From IMG/VR virus record IMGVR_UViG_3300021426_000089, positions 4,126 to 68,125 of that record: 64,000 nt of DNA. The stretch is one strand, 5' to 3'. The notes below the pieces were generated by a model. That model had not been told where the DNA came from, ran no database searches, and saw only the letters and a program-made list of their open reading frames with translations. Each line of letters starts with the position of its first letter. Positions within the stretch are counted from its first letter, which is position 1. The translations under genes were made by a program, and so were the position numbers. The stretch is from a virus (lineage: Duplodnaviria; Caudoviricetes). Shown piece after piece: positions 16,555-25,751 of this stretch.

Positions 16555-17772
16555 ATGCAACCTTTAAAAATTAAGAAATCCCACATTATCGGGATCGTGA
16601 CTGGAGCCATTGCGCTGCTCCTTCTCATTATGTCCACAGCTCTCTTTGAGGATGCGAACAAGTCCAAGAACTATGTCTGCCAGATGCCCGTGACGGGAGC
16701 CTACCACGTCTGGACCGACGGCGGTCTGCAGTGGCAGGGCTTCGGCAATGTAGAGAGCTACAACAAGACTTCACAGGTGGAGTTCTCCGACCTGCAGAAG
16801 GACGAGAACGGATATGTGGCCGTTGGCAAGAATCCGGCTGCAGCCCTTACCTTCAACGACAAGGGCCGCGGTATGATTGTCGGCAGCTTCCGTGTCGTAC
16901 TCCCTGTTGACAGTCAGAATATGCAGAAGATTCAGCGTGACTTCGGCGGCGAAGAAGCGTTGATTAGCAACCTCGTCCGCCCCACGCTGTATAAGGTGGT
17001 TACGGCCTGTGGCCCGCTGATGTCAAGTCTTGAATCTGTGTCCGAGACCAGAACGGACCTCATCTTCTACATCACGGACCAGTTGAACAATGGCGTGTAC
17101 AAGACCCGCTCCGTCAAGGAAGAAGTGGTTAACGACCTTACGGGAGACAAGGAAATCAGGGTCCGTTCCGAGATTGTTACAGACGGCAATAGTGCTGGTG
17201 GCTATCTCCGTCAGGAGGTGTCTCCTTTTTCGATGTACGGCATCAGTTGTGGACTCGTCTCTATTTCAGACATCAAGTATGACCGTGCCACGCAGGACCA
17301 GATCGACGCACAGAAGGCGGCAAACCTCGCCGTTATCACGGCCAAGACAAAATCTCTGGAAGCAATCCAGCGCACGGTCCAGATTACCGAAGAAGGAAAG
17401 GCCACGGCAGAGAAGGCGAAGTGGGAACAGGAAAGAGAAAAAGCAGTAGCCGTTACCAAAGCTGAACAGGAGCGTGAGGTTGCGAAACTCGCTGCAGAGA
17501 AGGCCAATTTCGAGAAGCAGCGCATCATCGCAGAGGGTGAGGCGCAGGCCGCTGCTAACCGAGCCAAAGTCGCCGCTGGCCTCACACCGCAGGAACGTGC
17601 GGAATGGGACTACAAGACGGCCGTCGGTATTGCGGAGGCGCTTGCCAATAGCAAGGTGCAGTGGGTCCCCGATGTCATTATGACCGGGAACAGTAATGCA
17701 AGCAACGGAGCGATGGATGCCGTCGGCTTGAATATGCTGCTGGATGTCGTCCAGAAGATTAACAAGAAGTAG
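16555..17772 (+). CDS. SPFH/band-7 (prohibitin/flotillin-like) membrane protein
   Basis: N-terminal TM, central domain, long AEA/AK-rich coiled coil, C-terminal VPxV-G-rich tail. Confidence 0.75.
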   Translation: MQPLKIKKSHIIGIVTGAIALLLLIMSTALFEDANKSKNYVCQMPVTGAYHVWTDGGLQWQGFGNVESYNKTSQVEFSDLQKDENGYVAVGKNPAAALTFNDKGRGMIVGSFRVVLPVDSQNMQKIQRDFGGEEALISNLVRPTLYKVVTACGPLMSSLESVSETRTDLIFYITDQLNNGVYKTRSVKEEVVNDLTGDKEIRVRSEIVTDGNSAGGYLRQEVSPFSMYGISCGLVSISDIKYDRATQDQIDAQKAANLAVITAKTKSLEAIQRTVQITEEGKATAEKAKWEQEREKAVAVTKAEQEREVAKLAAEKANFEKQRIIAEGEAQAAANRAKVAAGLTPQERAEWDYKTAVGIAEALANSKVQWVPDVIMTGNSNASNGAMDAVGLNMLLDVVQKINKK

Positions 17773-17776
17773 TATT

Positions 17777-18280
17777 ATGAATAAGACCATCATTGCCATC
17801 GACCCGGGTGAGAAGGGGTTTATCACCGTTTATCGCGACGGCAGCTTCACCTTCTACGCTATCGCCGACCACGACCGCGAAGAACTGGCCCGGATCATCA
17901 ACTCATACTTCGACCCGTTTGAGCCCGTTGTCGCCGTGATGGAGGAAGTCCACGCCGTTTTCGGCTCCAGTGCAAAGTCAACATTTAACTTCGGAGAAGT
18001 GTTCGGCTTCCTGAAAGGCATCCTCATCGCCAGCGGCATCCCGTATCATCTGGTGCAGCCGAAGTCGTGGCAGTCTGAAATCTGGATCAATGAGGACAAG
18101 GTGTGGCGGTACAAGGTCGATGGCAAGAAGATGGTTGATACCAAGAACACATCTATTGCCGCGGCTCGTCGCCTGTTCCCGAACATCGACCTCCGTCGTA
18201 CTCCAAAATGCAAGGGGCCGGACGACAACAAGGTCGATTCCATTCTCATTTGCGAATACGCCCGACGCAAAAACCTTTAA
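17777..18280 (+). CDS. RuvC-like Holliday junction resolvase
   Basis: IIAIDPG, VMEEVH, FNFG, DNKVDSILI catalytic pattern. Confidence 0.8.
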   Translation: MNKTIIAIDPGEKGFITVYRDGSFTFYAIADHDREELARIINSYFDPFEPVVAVMEEVHAVFGSSAKSTFNFGEVFGFLKGILIASGIPYHLVQPKSWQSEIWINEDKVWRYKVDGKKMVDTKNTSIAAARRLFPNIDLRRTPKCKGPDDNKVDSILICEYARRKNL

Positions 18281-18295
18281 CAATCATATACAGTT

Positions 18296-18578
18296 ATGGC
18301 ACAAGAAGAAATGCTTATCGTTCCTACGCAGGAACTCGCCTTTGCCGTGAAGAAAGACGGCTCCATTATCTCTAACTTCACCGAAAAACGGGGGGGGGGT
18401 AGAAGAAGTTGATGTTAAGGCACTTACGGCCTTTTTCAAGGGTCTGCACACCTTTATCCAGACCTGTGACGAGAAGGTTCTGATGGCTTATGCTTTTGTC
18501 GATTTGCTCGAAAGTAAAGACATCCATCAGGAAATCATCAAAAGAATGGAAACCATTAAAGACAAACATAATGAGTAA
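18296..18578 (+). pseudogene. Hypothetical gene frameshifted at a G10 tract (G9 gives 93 aa)
   Basis: ATG 18296 reaches a stop 3 codons after G10 (18390-18399); the +1 frame continues VEEVDVKALTAFF...KHNE to TAA 18578, overlapping the next ATG. Confidence 0.7.
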
Positions 18579-18795
18579 AGAAACTTCTTCCGCATCTGGC
18601 GGTATCGGATTCCTCGGCCTGCTGGCCATCGTGTTTATCGTGCTTCGGCTCTGCAACGTGATTGCTTGGAGTTGGTGGTGGGTACTGGCCCCTATCTGGA
18701 TTCCCGTCGCAATCGCGATCATCGTCCTGCTATTCTTCGTGATCCTCGCGGCGATAGCGGGTAGAAACGACTTTCCCGACGACTGCGACTACTGA
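18571..18795 (+). CDS. Two-TM membrane protein (GGIGF...WSWWWVLAPIW type)
   Basis: Characteristic phage small membrane protein pattern. Confidence 0.7.
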   Translation: MSKETSSASGGIGFLGLLAIVFIVLRLCNVIAWSWWWVLAPIWIPVAIAIIVLLFFVILAAIAGRNDFPDDCDY

Positions 18796-18796
18796 T

Positions 18797-19438
18797 ATGG
18801 GTGTACAAGGCAAAAGAGGTGCGCCACAGCCGCCTGCCAAAGCCTTCAACCGCACATCTGTCCTGACCCGGCTCACCGTTCACGAGATTGAATATGCGCT
18901 TTGTTCCTACTACGGCATCCGCAAGCACATCATCGTTCCGAACGTGAGCTGGGGCTTTTTCCGGGAGCACGAAGCCGATTTGGTTGTGATTACCCCGGCA
19001 AACTACCTCACCGAGATAGAGATTAAACGGAGCTGGCGCGATTTCCTCAAAGACTTCCGCAAGGATAGTTTTCACAACGACAACCGCATCAAGAGTTTCT
19101 ACTACTGTGTGCCGGAGTGTATGGTGGAGCCCTGCAAAGAATACCTCTACTCGGATCCTGCACTGGAGAGGAAACACGGCAGAATCGGTCTGATTAGCTA
19201 CGACGAACTGGGCCGCATCTGCTTCGAGCGAAACGGCGAAAGGGAAATAGCGTTGAAGCTGACGACGGCAGAGGCGCTGGAGATTGCAAGGCTTGGTACG
19301 CTTCGGTTCTGGGACACCAGAAAGAGGCTTGATGAAGGCTATAACGACGAACTGGTCCAGCGCCTCCGCAGCGAGATTTCCTTCCTCCGGGCGGAGTTCA
19401 AAGCCGTGGCCGGATATGACATTAGAGAAGAATTATGA
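18797..19438 (+). CDS. PD-(D/E)XK nuclease-like (MmcB-like) protein
   Basis: EADLVVI...EIEIKRSWRDFLKD motif. Confidence 0.65.
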   Translation: MGVQGKRGAPQPPAKAFNRTSVLTRLTVHEIEYALCSYYGIRKHIIVPNVSWGFFREHEADLVVITPANYLTEIEIKRSWRDFLKDFRKDSFHNDNRIKSFYYCVPECMVEPCKEYLYSDPALERKHGRIGLISYDELGRICFERNGEREIALKLTTAEALEIARLGTLRFWDTRKRLDEGYNDELVQRLRSEISFLRAEFKAVAGYDIREEL

Positions 19439-19701
19439 TTACGGAAAAAGACATTTTGTTCGGCATCATCCATCGCGGCAATAAGTCCGAACTTATCATC
19501 AACCACGACGACCCCAAACTGCCGCAGATCCTTATGGGTGCGCTCTCTTTCCTTGCCGCCACTGACGAGAATTTCTATTCCGACCTCAAAGGCGTGATTC
19601 AGAACGTGGACGAGAATGGCGACAAGATACGGGAGGCCGTCGCCCGGCATCAGGCCAGCGGCGCTATGGTCATAATCAAACCCGGAAACGTGAAATCGTG
19701 A
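19435..19701 (+). CDS. Hypothetical protein
   Basis: ATGA-coupled ORF. Confidence 0.55.
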   Translation: MITEKDILFGIIHRGNKSELIINHDDPKLPQILMGALSFLAATDENFYSDLKGVIQNVDENGDKIREAVARHQASGAMVIIKPGNVKS

Positions 19702-20015
19702 TGGAAAAGATTCCGACCATCGGAGAAAAAATATCTCCAATCCTTGTAGAAATCGAGGAAACGCTGTGGGAGCACGAGGCTACTCTTGCCACGAAGCCGG
19801 AGTACACTTTGGCCGGGTTTCGGGCCGCGGCAAAGATATTCACATCGGCAATGATGGACTTCACCTTTAGTCGTGACGCGGCGATGGGAATGAACATTCA
19901 GCAGATGGCGGCAGATGCCGAGAAGCTGGGTCAAGACCTTCGCAACCTGATGCTGAAATATACTGGCATTGATAGTGTAAAATTGTACAATAGCAATGAA
20001 AAAGGAAGTAATTGA
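19698..20015 (+). CDS. Hypothetical protein
   Basis: Operon ORF. Confidence 0.55.
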   Translation: MMEKIPTIGEKISPILVEIEETLWEHEATLATKPEYTLAGFRAAAKIFTSAMMDFTFSRDAAMGMNIQQMAADAEKLGQDLRNLMLKYTGIDSVKLYNSNEKGSN

Positions 20016-20592
20016 GAACTGGATTCAGGAAGCCTACGCCATCAACAAGGCAAACGGCTTCCACGACCACGAGCATCCGCACTCCAACACGTGCCGCCTG
20101 ATGCTGATTGTGACCGAGATTTCGGAGGCAGTTGAAGCCGACCGCAAAGGCATCCATCCACGAGAACTCAACATTTTCGAGGAGGCGTGCCGGACTTGGG
20201 ACGGCAACAAACTCTGGGAGACGACGGGCTACGCCCAGACCTTCCACGACCACATCAAGGACTCGTTCGAGGACGAGCTTTCGGATGTCGTAATTCGGTG
20301 CTGCGACTTCCTCGGCTGTCTCGGAATGACATTTGAGCAGGCGTTTAAGAAGCCGTGGGAACCTATCAATCACCAGAACTACGACACCTTTGCTGACGAG
20401 GCTTGGTATTGGGTCTGGCTCCTGTGCGGGAACGACCACGCCACCAATGTTACGGCAGCGGCGAACGTTGCCGGACTTCTGCTGCAGGTCTGCGACTACT
20501 GCGACATCAACGACATCGACATCGCGCAGCACGTTGAGTGGAAGTTGAAGTACAACAAGACGCGCCCGTTCCGGCACGGCAAAGCCTATTGA
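19996..20592 (+). CDS. MazG-like NTP pyrophosphohydrolase
   Basis: LIVTEISEAVEADRK...EDELSDVVIR...KLKYNKTR motifs. Confidence 0.75.
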   Translation: MKKEVIENWIQEAYAINKANGFHDHEHPHSNTCRLMLIVTEISEAVEADRKGIHPRELNIFEEACRTWDGNKLWETTGYAQTFHDHIKDSFEDELSDVVIRCCDFLGCLGMTFEQAFKKPWEPINHQNYDTFADEAWYWVWLLCGNDHATNVTAAANVAGLLLQVCDYCDINDIDIAQHVEWKLKYNKTRPFRHGKAY

Positions 20593-20596
20593 TGCT

Positions 20597-21208
20597 ATGG
20601 AAATAGAGATAGATAACTTTCAGGAAATAGCGAAAGACCTCCGCTTCGATAGTGACGACGACTTCTACTTCCTCCAGATTCTGCAGCGGAAGAAGGACAA
20701 CCCAACCTTCCCGCAGAACAACAGGCTGGTCCGCTACTACGTGATTCGCAGCCTCGACTACTTCAATAGCATCGAGGCCGAGGTCAAGGCTATTTGTCAG
20801 GCGGTAACGGCTCGGGCCTACATCAGCCTCAACCGACGCTCGTTCAGGAAGTGTACCATCGCCGCTTTGACAGAGCTGGCCACCATCATCCGTTCGGACC
20901 AGTACGTGCATCTGCCGTCGCTGTTCACATCGGTTGCTGGCAGCACCAATGCTGATCCGCGCAAGACTTGGATCGTTGACCTTGACTTCAAAGACGACGA
21001 AAGAGAGTTGAGCGTTATGGGATTCATCAAAGGTCTGGAGCCGGACCCCGGCATCAACAAGGTTGAAATGATGCTGGAGACGGTACACGGCGTTCACCTA
21101 ATCACGCGGCCTTTCAACCTGCAGCGGTTCAAGGAGAGGTTCCCGGACATCGACGTTCACAAGGACAATCCGACCCTGCTCTATTTCAAATCAACATCAG
21201 AAGGATGA
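20597..21208 (+). CDS. Conserved phage protein of unknown function
   Basis: QILQRKKDN, WIVDLD, GVHLITRPF, KDNPTLLY motifs. Confidence 0.6.
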   Translation: MEIEIDNFQEIAKDLRFDSDDDFYFLQILQRKKDNPTFPQNNRLVRYYVIRSLDYFNSIEAEVKAICQAVTARAYISLNRRSFRKCTIAALTELATIIRSDQYVHLPSLFTSVAGSTNADPRKTWIVDLDFKDDERELSVMGFIKGLEPDPGINKVEMMLETVHGVHLITRPFNLQRFKERFPDIDVHKDNPTLLYFKSTSEG

Positions 21209-21510
21209 AACACTACTTTGAATATCCTATCCAGAAGGCTACCGCTGAAATGATGCGGAATGCCGGACTTCTTAATGCTGCTGGCTGCAACTACGGCTAC
21301 GCCTTCGACATCTTCCTTGAAAAAGGAATCGTAATCTGCATCGTGCCGAAAGCGGCCCCGGAATCAGTCCTCAACGACAAAGATGTCATTCCAGACATCG
21401 AGGCCGTGAAGTGGGATGCCTACATCAACGGCAACTGCATCCCGGTGCAGTTATCTTGGCAGGATGCTGCAGAAGCGGCCATCGTCGGTGCGATTGACTT
21501 CGCCAGATAG
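21205..21510 (+). CDS. Hypothetical protein
   Basis: ATGA-coupled last gene of the + block. Confidence 0.55.
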   Translation: MKHYFEYPIQKATAEMMRNAGLLNAAGCNYGYAFDIFLEKGIVICIVPKAAPESVLNDKDVIPDIEAVKWDAYINGNCIPVQLSWQDAAEAAIVGAIDFAR

Positions 21511-21520
21511 AGCCTCTGTT

Positions 21521-21564
21521 AAAAAAGGAAGGGAGGTAGCCGTCGTGGTTGCCTCCCTTTTTTT
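21521..21564. terminator. Bidirectional intrinsic terminator between convergent blocks
   Basis: A6..AAGGGAGGTAGC-loop-GTTGCCTCCCTT..T-tract. Confidence 0.85.
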
Positions 21565-21580
21565 GTGGGTTAATATCGCG

Positions 21581-21841
21581 CTAAATCAGCGCAATGAGCC
21601 AGATCAGGACTCCGCCAGCGAAAGCCGCGACGAAATCCTTCCAATCAAACACCTTCGTGGTGATGATGTCGAACACTTCTTTGGCGATGCCGATAGCGGC
21701 TGCAGCAATCAGTGCGGACCAGCACCAGCCCGTCCAAATCACGAGCGCTGCGGCCACGATAAGGCCAGCCATAAAGTGAAACCATTTGTCCTCTCCTACT
21801 TTGTAGAGAAGGGCAACAAACTTATCCCAGAGTTTTCTCAT
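21581..21841 (-). CDS. Small membrane protein (DKxxHF...KE..D type)
   Basis: Three TM segments; last gene of the lysis block. Confidence 0.6.
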   Translation of the reverse strand: MRKLWDKFVALLYKVGEDKWFHFMAGLIVAAALVIWTGWCWSALIAAAAIGIAKEVFDIITTKVFDWKDFVAAFAGGVLIWLIALI

Positions 21842-21861
21842 TGTGTGTTGGTATTAAGGGG

Positions 21862-22242
21862 TTATTTGAATTTGCCGGATTTAACCTGCTGGCAGCAGTC
21901 AGCAATCCAACCAGCGAGATACGTAAACGGCTCTTGGTTGTCTGGCGTGATTGCGCACTCGCAGTAGTTAAAGATTTCGAGGGCCACGTGGTCGGATTCG
22001 TGCGTAATGGTCCCTGTGGTCATTGCGGCCTTGCTCCTGAATCTTATCAAAAGGCCAGCGCGTTTCGTTGGCTTCTGCCGCGTCACTCTCGTTACGTCGG
22101 CATCCGCATCCTTATCCATTTCGTCGATGTCGTCACCGAACATATCACGAAGGCAGGACACGTTCGCGCCGACTGCGATCCAGACCAGACGCGGATAAAT
22201 TTGAGGGTCGAACTCGTGTATCTTTGTTACTTTCTCGCTCAT
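21862..22242 (-). CDS. Hypothetical protein with HExxH-like motif
   Basis: THESDHV; EPFTYLAGW. Confidence 0.6.
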   Translation of the reverse strand: MSEKVTKIHEFDPQIYPRLVWIAVGANVSCLRDMFGDDIDEMDKDADADVTRVTRQKPTKRAGLLIRFRSKAAMTTGTITHESDHVALEIFNYCECAITPDNQEPFTYLAGWIADCCQQVKSGKFK

Positions 22243-22874
22243 TTCCTGAATAGATTATATGATAAAGAGAAACTGCCGACAACGCCGTGCCACTGCAGTC
22301 CGTTGTTATATCCCCAGTTGTAACTGATTCCGGGCCTGAACTGCCACCTTCCGCTCCAGACGTTTAATTCAAGTCCGGCTCCTACAGACAACACATTCGC
22401 GCCAACGAATCCGCTCACGACTGGTGAAAACGACCACTTCGGAGGGTATAGCTCCGGCACTGGCACAATCTTCGTCTCTTGGTAGCTCTTATGCCAAAGC
22501 ATCTTGCTGGCATAGCCCTCAACCAAACACTCGTATGTCTTGTTATCCGTGAACGTGGTCTGATTGATAGGGACAGCGATGTATGTCGTGTCGTGAATAG
22601 TCACAAGCGCGGGCTTCCGCTCCAATGAATCACGGTATGCGGCCAGTATCGCATCGTAAACGAGAATGGTCCCGGCTGGAACCAACTCGAATCCTGCCGG
22701 GATTTCTGCCTGCTGCGGCTTATAGTCAACGATAGTGTCGCGGATGTAGGTTGTGTCCCTCTGCGGCGGAACAGGCTCAATTTTGGCCGTTTTTCGGCCA
22801 GTGAGAAACCCGGTCCCAAACAGGAGCAACAACACGCCAAGACAGATGGCGACATTCTTCAACGTCTTTACCAT
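22239..22874 (-). CDS. Membrane-anchored lysis-associated (spanin-like) protein
   Basis: N-terminal TM, RDT repeats, beta-rich C-terminus; follows the endolysin. Confidence 0.5.
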   Translation of the reverse strand: MVKTLKNVAICLGVLLLLFGTGFLTGRKTAKIEPVPPQRDTTYIRDTIVDYKPQQAEIPAGFELVPAGTILVYDAILAAYRDSLERKPALVTIHDTTYIAVPINQTTFTDNKTYECLVEGYASKMLWHKSYQETKIVPVPELYPPKWSFSPVVSGFVGANVLSVGAGLELNVWSGRWQFRPGISYNWGYNNGLQWHGVVGSFSLSYNLFRK

Positions 22875-23431
22875 ACAATCTCCTCCCCGTTGGCCTTGAC
22901 CAGCCTATGAAAGCCGAAACTCTCCCACCTCCGCAACCATCCGTTCAGGAACTTTTCGTTGTTGCCTTTCTTCGCAATCTGGAGCAGAGCCGATGCCCGC
23001 TCCGCCTTAATGCGGTTGAAGGTGTAAACTGGCTTGTAGCTGGCCGTGGATTTGTTCAGGGCGGCAAGGGTTACAGGACCGACGACACCATCCTGTTTCA
23101 GACCGAGAGCGGCCTGCACAGATTTGATTGCCGTTTTCACACCGCTGCCCCAGCCCCAGTTCACGCAGATATTGGCAATACCCTGCGACAGGATGTTGTC
23201 AGCCTGCCACGGATCCCAGTACATCGTTTTCATAATGTCGAGCCATTCCTGATCCGTGATGCGTTTGAGGTCGGCCACCGTCGGGGCTTTCTTCCCCTTC
23301 CGCCTGCAGTAGTCGGTGTAGGTGGAAATGGTGATTCCTTTCATCGTTGCGCCACCCCTGTCGTCAGGGTCATTGGCAAAGCCCCCCTCCCAACTCTGGA
23401 TGAAGGGGGCCAAAATCTTAATATTCGCCAT
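22868..23431 (-). CDS. Endolysin, glycoside hydrolase family 108 with PG-binding domain
   Basis: WEGGFANDPDDRGGATMKGIT catalytic motif; DGVVGPVT; KFLNGWLRR. Confidence 0.9.
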   Translation of the reverse strand: MANIKILAPFIQSWEGGFANDPDDRGGATMKGITISTYTDYCRRKGKKAPTVADLKRITDQEWLDIMKTMYWDPWQADNILSQGIANICVNWGWGSGVKTAIKSVQAALGLKQDGVVGPVTLAALNKSTASYKPVYTFNRIKAERASALLQIAKKGNNEKFLNGWLRRWESFGFHRLVKANGEEIVW

Positions 23432-23915
23432 CGTCAGTGCCGTTGTTTTGAGGCAGACCTTCCTCGTTCCTCGCCGAGTGAATGCGGATGAGTTCGGCCA
23501 AGTCCTCTTTGGTAATTAACTTGCTGATGAGTTCCGCCGCCTTCTCCTGCTGCTTCTTCGTCTTGGTATCGGCCTTCTCCCTCACGCTCATAAACTCAAC
23601 GATAAGGAGGAACAAGCCAACGAGCAGGGAAACAACAGGGACTCCGACAAGAATATTCACTCCGATGAGGGTGTAGAACTTGCAGAAATGGACGAACACA
23701 TCGGCCATCGTTGCAATCATCAGCCCGCCTTCATACGAAATGAACTTTGTCAGGGTGCGGCGTAAGGCTTCGCTGGTGCGCAGTTCACCGCGTTGCTTTG
23801 CTTTGTACAGGCCAGCGCCGAGGTCGATAATCATTGCCGCGAGGACAAAGAACATAACAACCACTGCGATCTGGAACATCTGGCCAGTGTCAATGAATAG
23901 GTTTTCCATCATCAT
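23418..23915 (-). CDS. Holin
   Basis: Three TM segments, SEALRRTLTK, EFMSVREK; directly upstream of the lysin. Confidence 0.75.
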   Translation of the reverse strand: MMMENLFIDTGQMFQIAVVVMFFVLAAMIIDLGAGLYKAKQRGELRTSEALRRTLTKFISYEGGLMIATMADVFVHFCKFYTLIGVNILVGVPVVSLLVGLFLLIVEFMSVREKADTKTKKQQEKAAELISKLITKEDLAELIRIHSARNEEGLPQNNGTDDGEY

Positions 23916-23921
23916 ATTGTG

Positions 23922-24203
23922 TTATTTGGTTTCTTCGTCAGAATCAACAATGTTCTGCTCAAAACTATCTTGGAATATTGGTGTGAGGCCCTTGATAAAC
24001 TCGCGTAAGAACGACATTTCCTCATCGTTGAACGACACCGGGCCTTCTGATTTGTAGATACGCATCGCGATGTCGTGTCCCATTATTCCGTTTGTGTTTT
24101 TGTAAATGAGGTCAGAAATGTCAATCGAATAATCGACAATGATTGAACTTTCCTGACGAATGTCCGTGAACATACGGAACTCTCTAAAATTGATTGTTTT
24201 CAT
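23922..24203 (-). CDS. Conserved hypothetical protein
   Basis: Late-block ORF. Confidence 0.6.
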   Translation of the reverse strand: MKTINFREFRMFTDIRQESSIIVDYSIDISDLIYKNTNGIMGHDIAMRIYKSEGPVSFNDEEMSFLREFIKGLTPIFQDSFEQNIVDSDEETK

Positions 24204-24222
24204 ATTGTGATACTTTAACTAT

Positions 24223-25380
24223 TTAATCCTCAACGTGGAGAGACATCACGCAGTTTGACGAACCATAGAAGAATAGGACGATGAAGGCATTATAGGATGT
24301 CAGGCCGAAAGTCCCGGTCTTATTTCCGCCGTTCAGCCACACCGAGCTGCCGTTGCAGTTGATTTTCAACAAACCGCCACCAGTCTTAATAATGTGGGCT
24401 GTTTGGCCCTTTGCTGGTGATGAAGGAAGGTTGAGTGTTACTTCATTCGTATTGTGGATAAATACGTTGAAATCGTCCCATCGCAAAGTATATGGGAAGT
24501 CGGAATTGGCGAGGTATCGGTATTGCGGCCTTAATCCAGCGATAACACCTGTTTCGAGCCATAATGCGGTTGTAATTTTACCACCAACATAAAGCCCCGT
24601 ATCAATATCGTAATCGGAATATATGCGAATCTTTGAAGAACCGCCAGCGGCATTGAGTTCCACAAATCTCTTACCAGAAGAAGATGCGCTGTTCTGGATG
24701 TATATTCTTCCTTGCTGAATACCAGTATGAGCGGATCCATAAGAATCGCCAGTCGTTCCGATCGCGGAAGTACTAATGGAGAATCCTCCAATAGTTCCGC
24801 CACTCGCAACAATGTTCGTAGTTGTTAGTTTTCCCGTGCTGTCAATCCTTGTAACAGAATTAGCCGGAGTAGAACCTCCTATCCAAAACGGATATTTGCC
24901 ACTAACGCTGTCAACGGTATAATTGCTCATATCGCCTATTTTGGCGATAATGTTATTGTTTGAATCCTTTACCGTCAACTTACTAACTGTAAGCGCACTG
25001 ATAAAACCAGTATTTGCGGCAAGGTCATCAACGTCAATGAAGTCAGCAACGATTTTCGATGCGAGAATGAGCGGAGACACAAGAGGCTGGAAGTTGTTGA
25101 CGGCCGTCCAATAGTTGACATTCCCAAGAGGGATGCTATCACTACTGGTGTGGGTGCGGATGCACTGATACGCCTTAAAGCCACTATCCCCAATCAGAGA
25201 TAATGGCTTGTTGACACATATATCAATAATCCGCTCCGTTGCGCCCCCGGTGAGGTTCAGGTCGTAGTGGTACTTCTTACCAGACTGCCAGAAACTGACA
25301 CGATAAGAAATACCGACTTCGCCCTGCTCTCCGTCTTTCGGCCTGCGGCGCACAGTTATATGACCTTGTGCCTTTGCCAT
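24223..25380 (-). CDS. Tail fibre/receptor-binding-like protein
   Basis: Gly/Ser/Thr-rich beta repeats (GGTIGGFSI); position between tail and lysis genes; lower GC than neighbours. Confidence 0.55.
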   Translation of the reverse strand: MAKAQGHITVRRRPKDGEQGEVGISYRVSFWQSGKKYHYDLNLTGGATERIIDICVNKPLSLIGDSGFKAYQCIRTHTSSDSIPLGNVNYWTAVNNFQPLVSPLILASKIVADFIDVDDLAANTGFISALTVSKLTVKDSNNNIIAKIGDMSNYTVDSVSGKYPFWIGGSTPANSVTRIDSTGKLTTTNIVASGGTIGGFSISTSAIGTTGDSYGSAHTGIQQGRIYIQNSASSSGKRFVELNAAGGSSKIRIYSDYDIDTGLYVGGKITTALWLETGVIAGLRPQYRYLANSDFPYTLRWDDFNVFIHNTNEVTLNLPSSPAKGQTAHIIKTGGGLLKINCNGSSVWLNGGNKTGTFGLTSYNAFIVLFFYGSSNCVMSLHVED

Positions 25381-25391
25381 AGACCAGCCTC

Positions 25392-25739
25392 CTATGCGTT
25401 ATCCAGTTCCAGTACTACGGCAGTGGCCACCTCCTTTGCCGTGGCCCGCCACTCCTGAAACTTCTCGAACTCACGGGCGTGAGCCTCTGTGTCGGAGCCG
25501 TTGGCAAGGATGGCTTCAACGGCATCGGCAGAATACTTGTCACGGACAATGGCCGACACGATGCTGCCGTAGTCAATGCTTTTCACATCAACGTTTTCGC
25601 AGGTCAGGACCTCAACCGTCCCGCCTTCCATTTCCTTCTCCTCCAACGCAAAATCGAAGAAGATGCGGGTGATAACACCCTCACGCAGGACTTCCAGTTC
25701 AGGAACGTCGCCGCCAAGATAGTCACGATATACTTTCAT
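25392..25739 (-). CDS. Conserved protein downstream of the DGR RT
   Basis: YGSIVSAIVRDKYSADAVEAILAN...FQEWRATAK. Confidence 0.65.
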   Translation of the reverse strand: MKVYRDYLGGDVPELEVLREGVITRIFFDFALEEKEMEGGTVEVLTCENVDVKSIDYGSIVSAIVRDKYSADAVEAILANGSDTEAHAREFEKFQEWRATAKEVATAVVLELDNA

Positions 25740-25751
25740 AATGATAAAGGT

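Noticed and set aside
24223-25380. Second DGR target/VR
   Set aside because: No TR-like sequence found by eye here or elsewhere in the window; a remote, diverged VR cannot be excluded without a search
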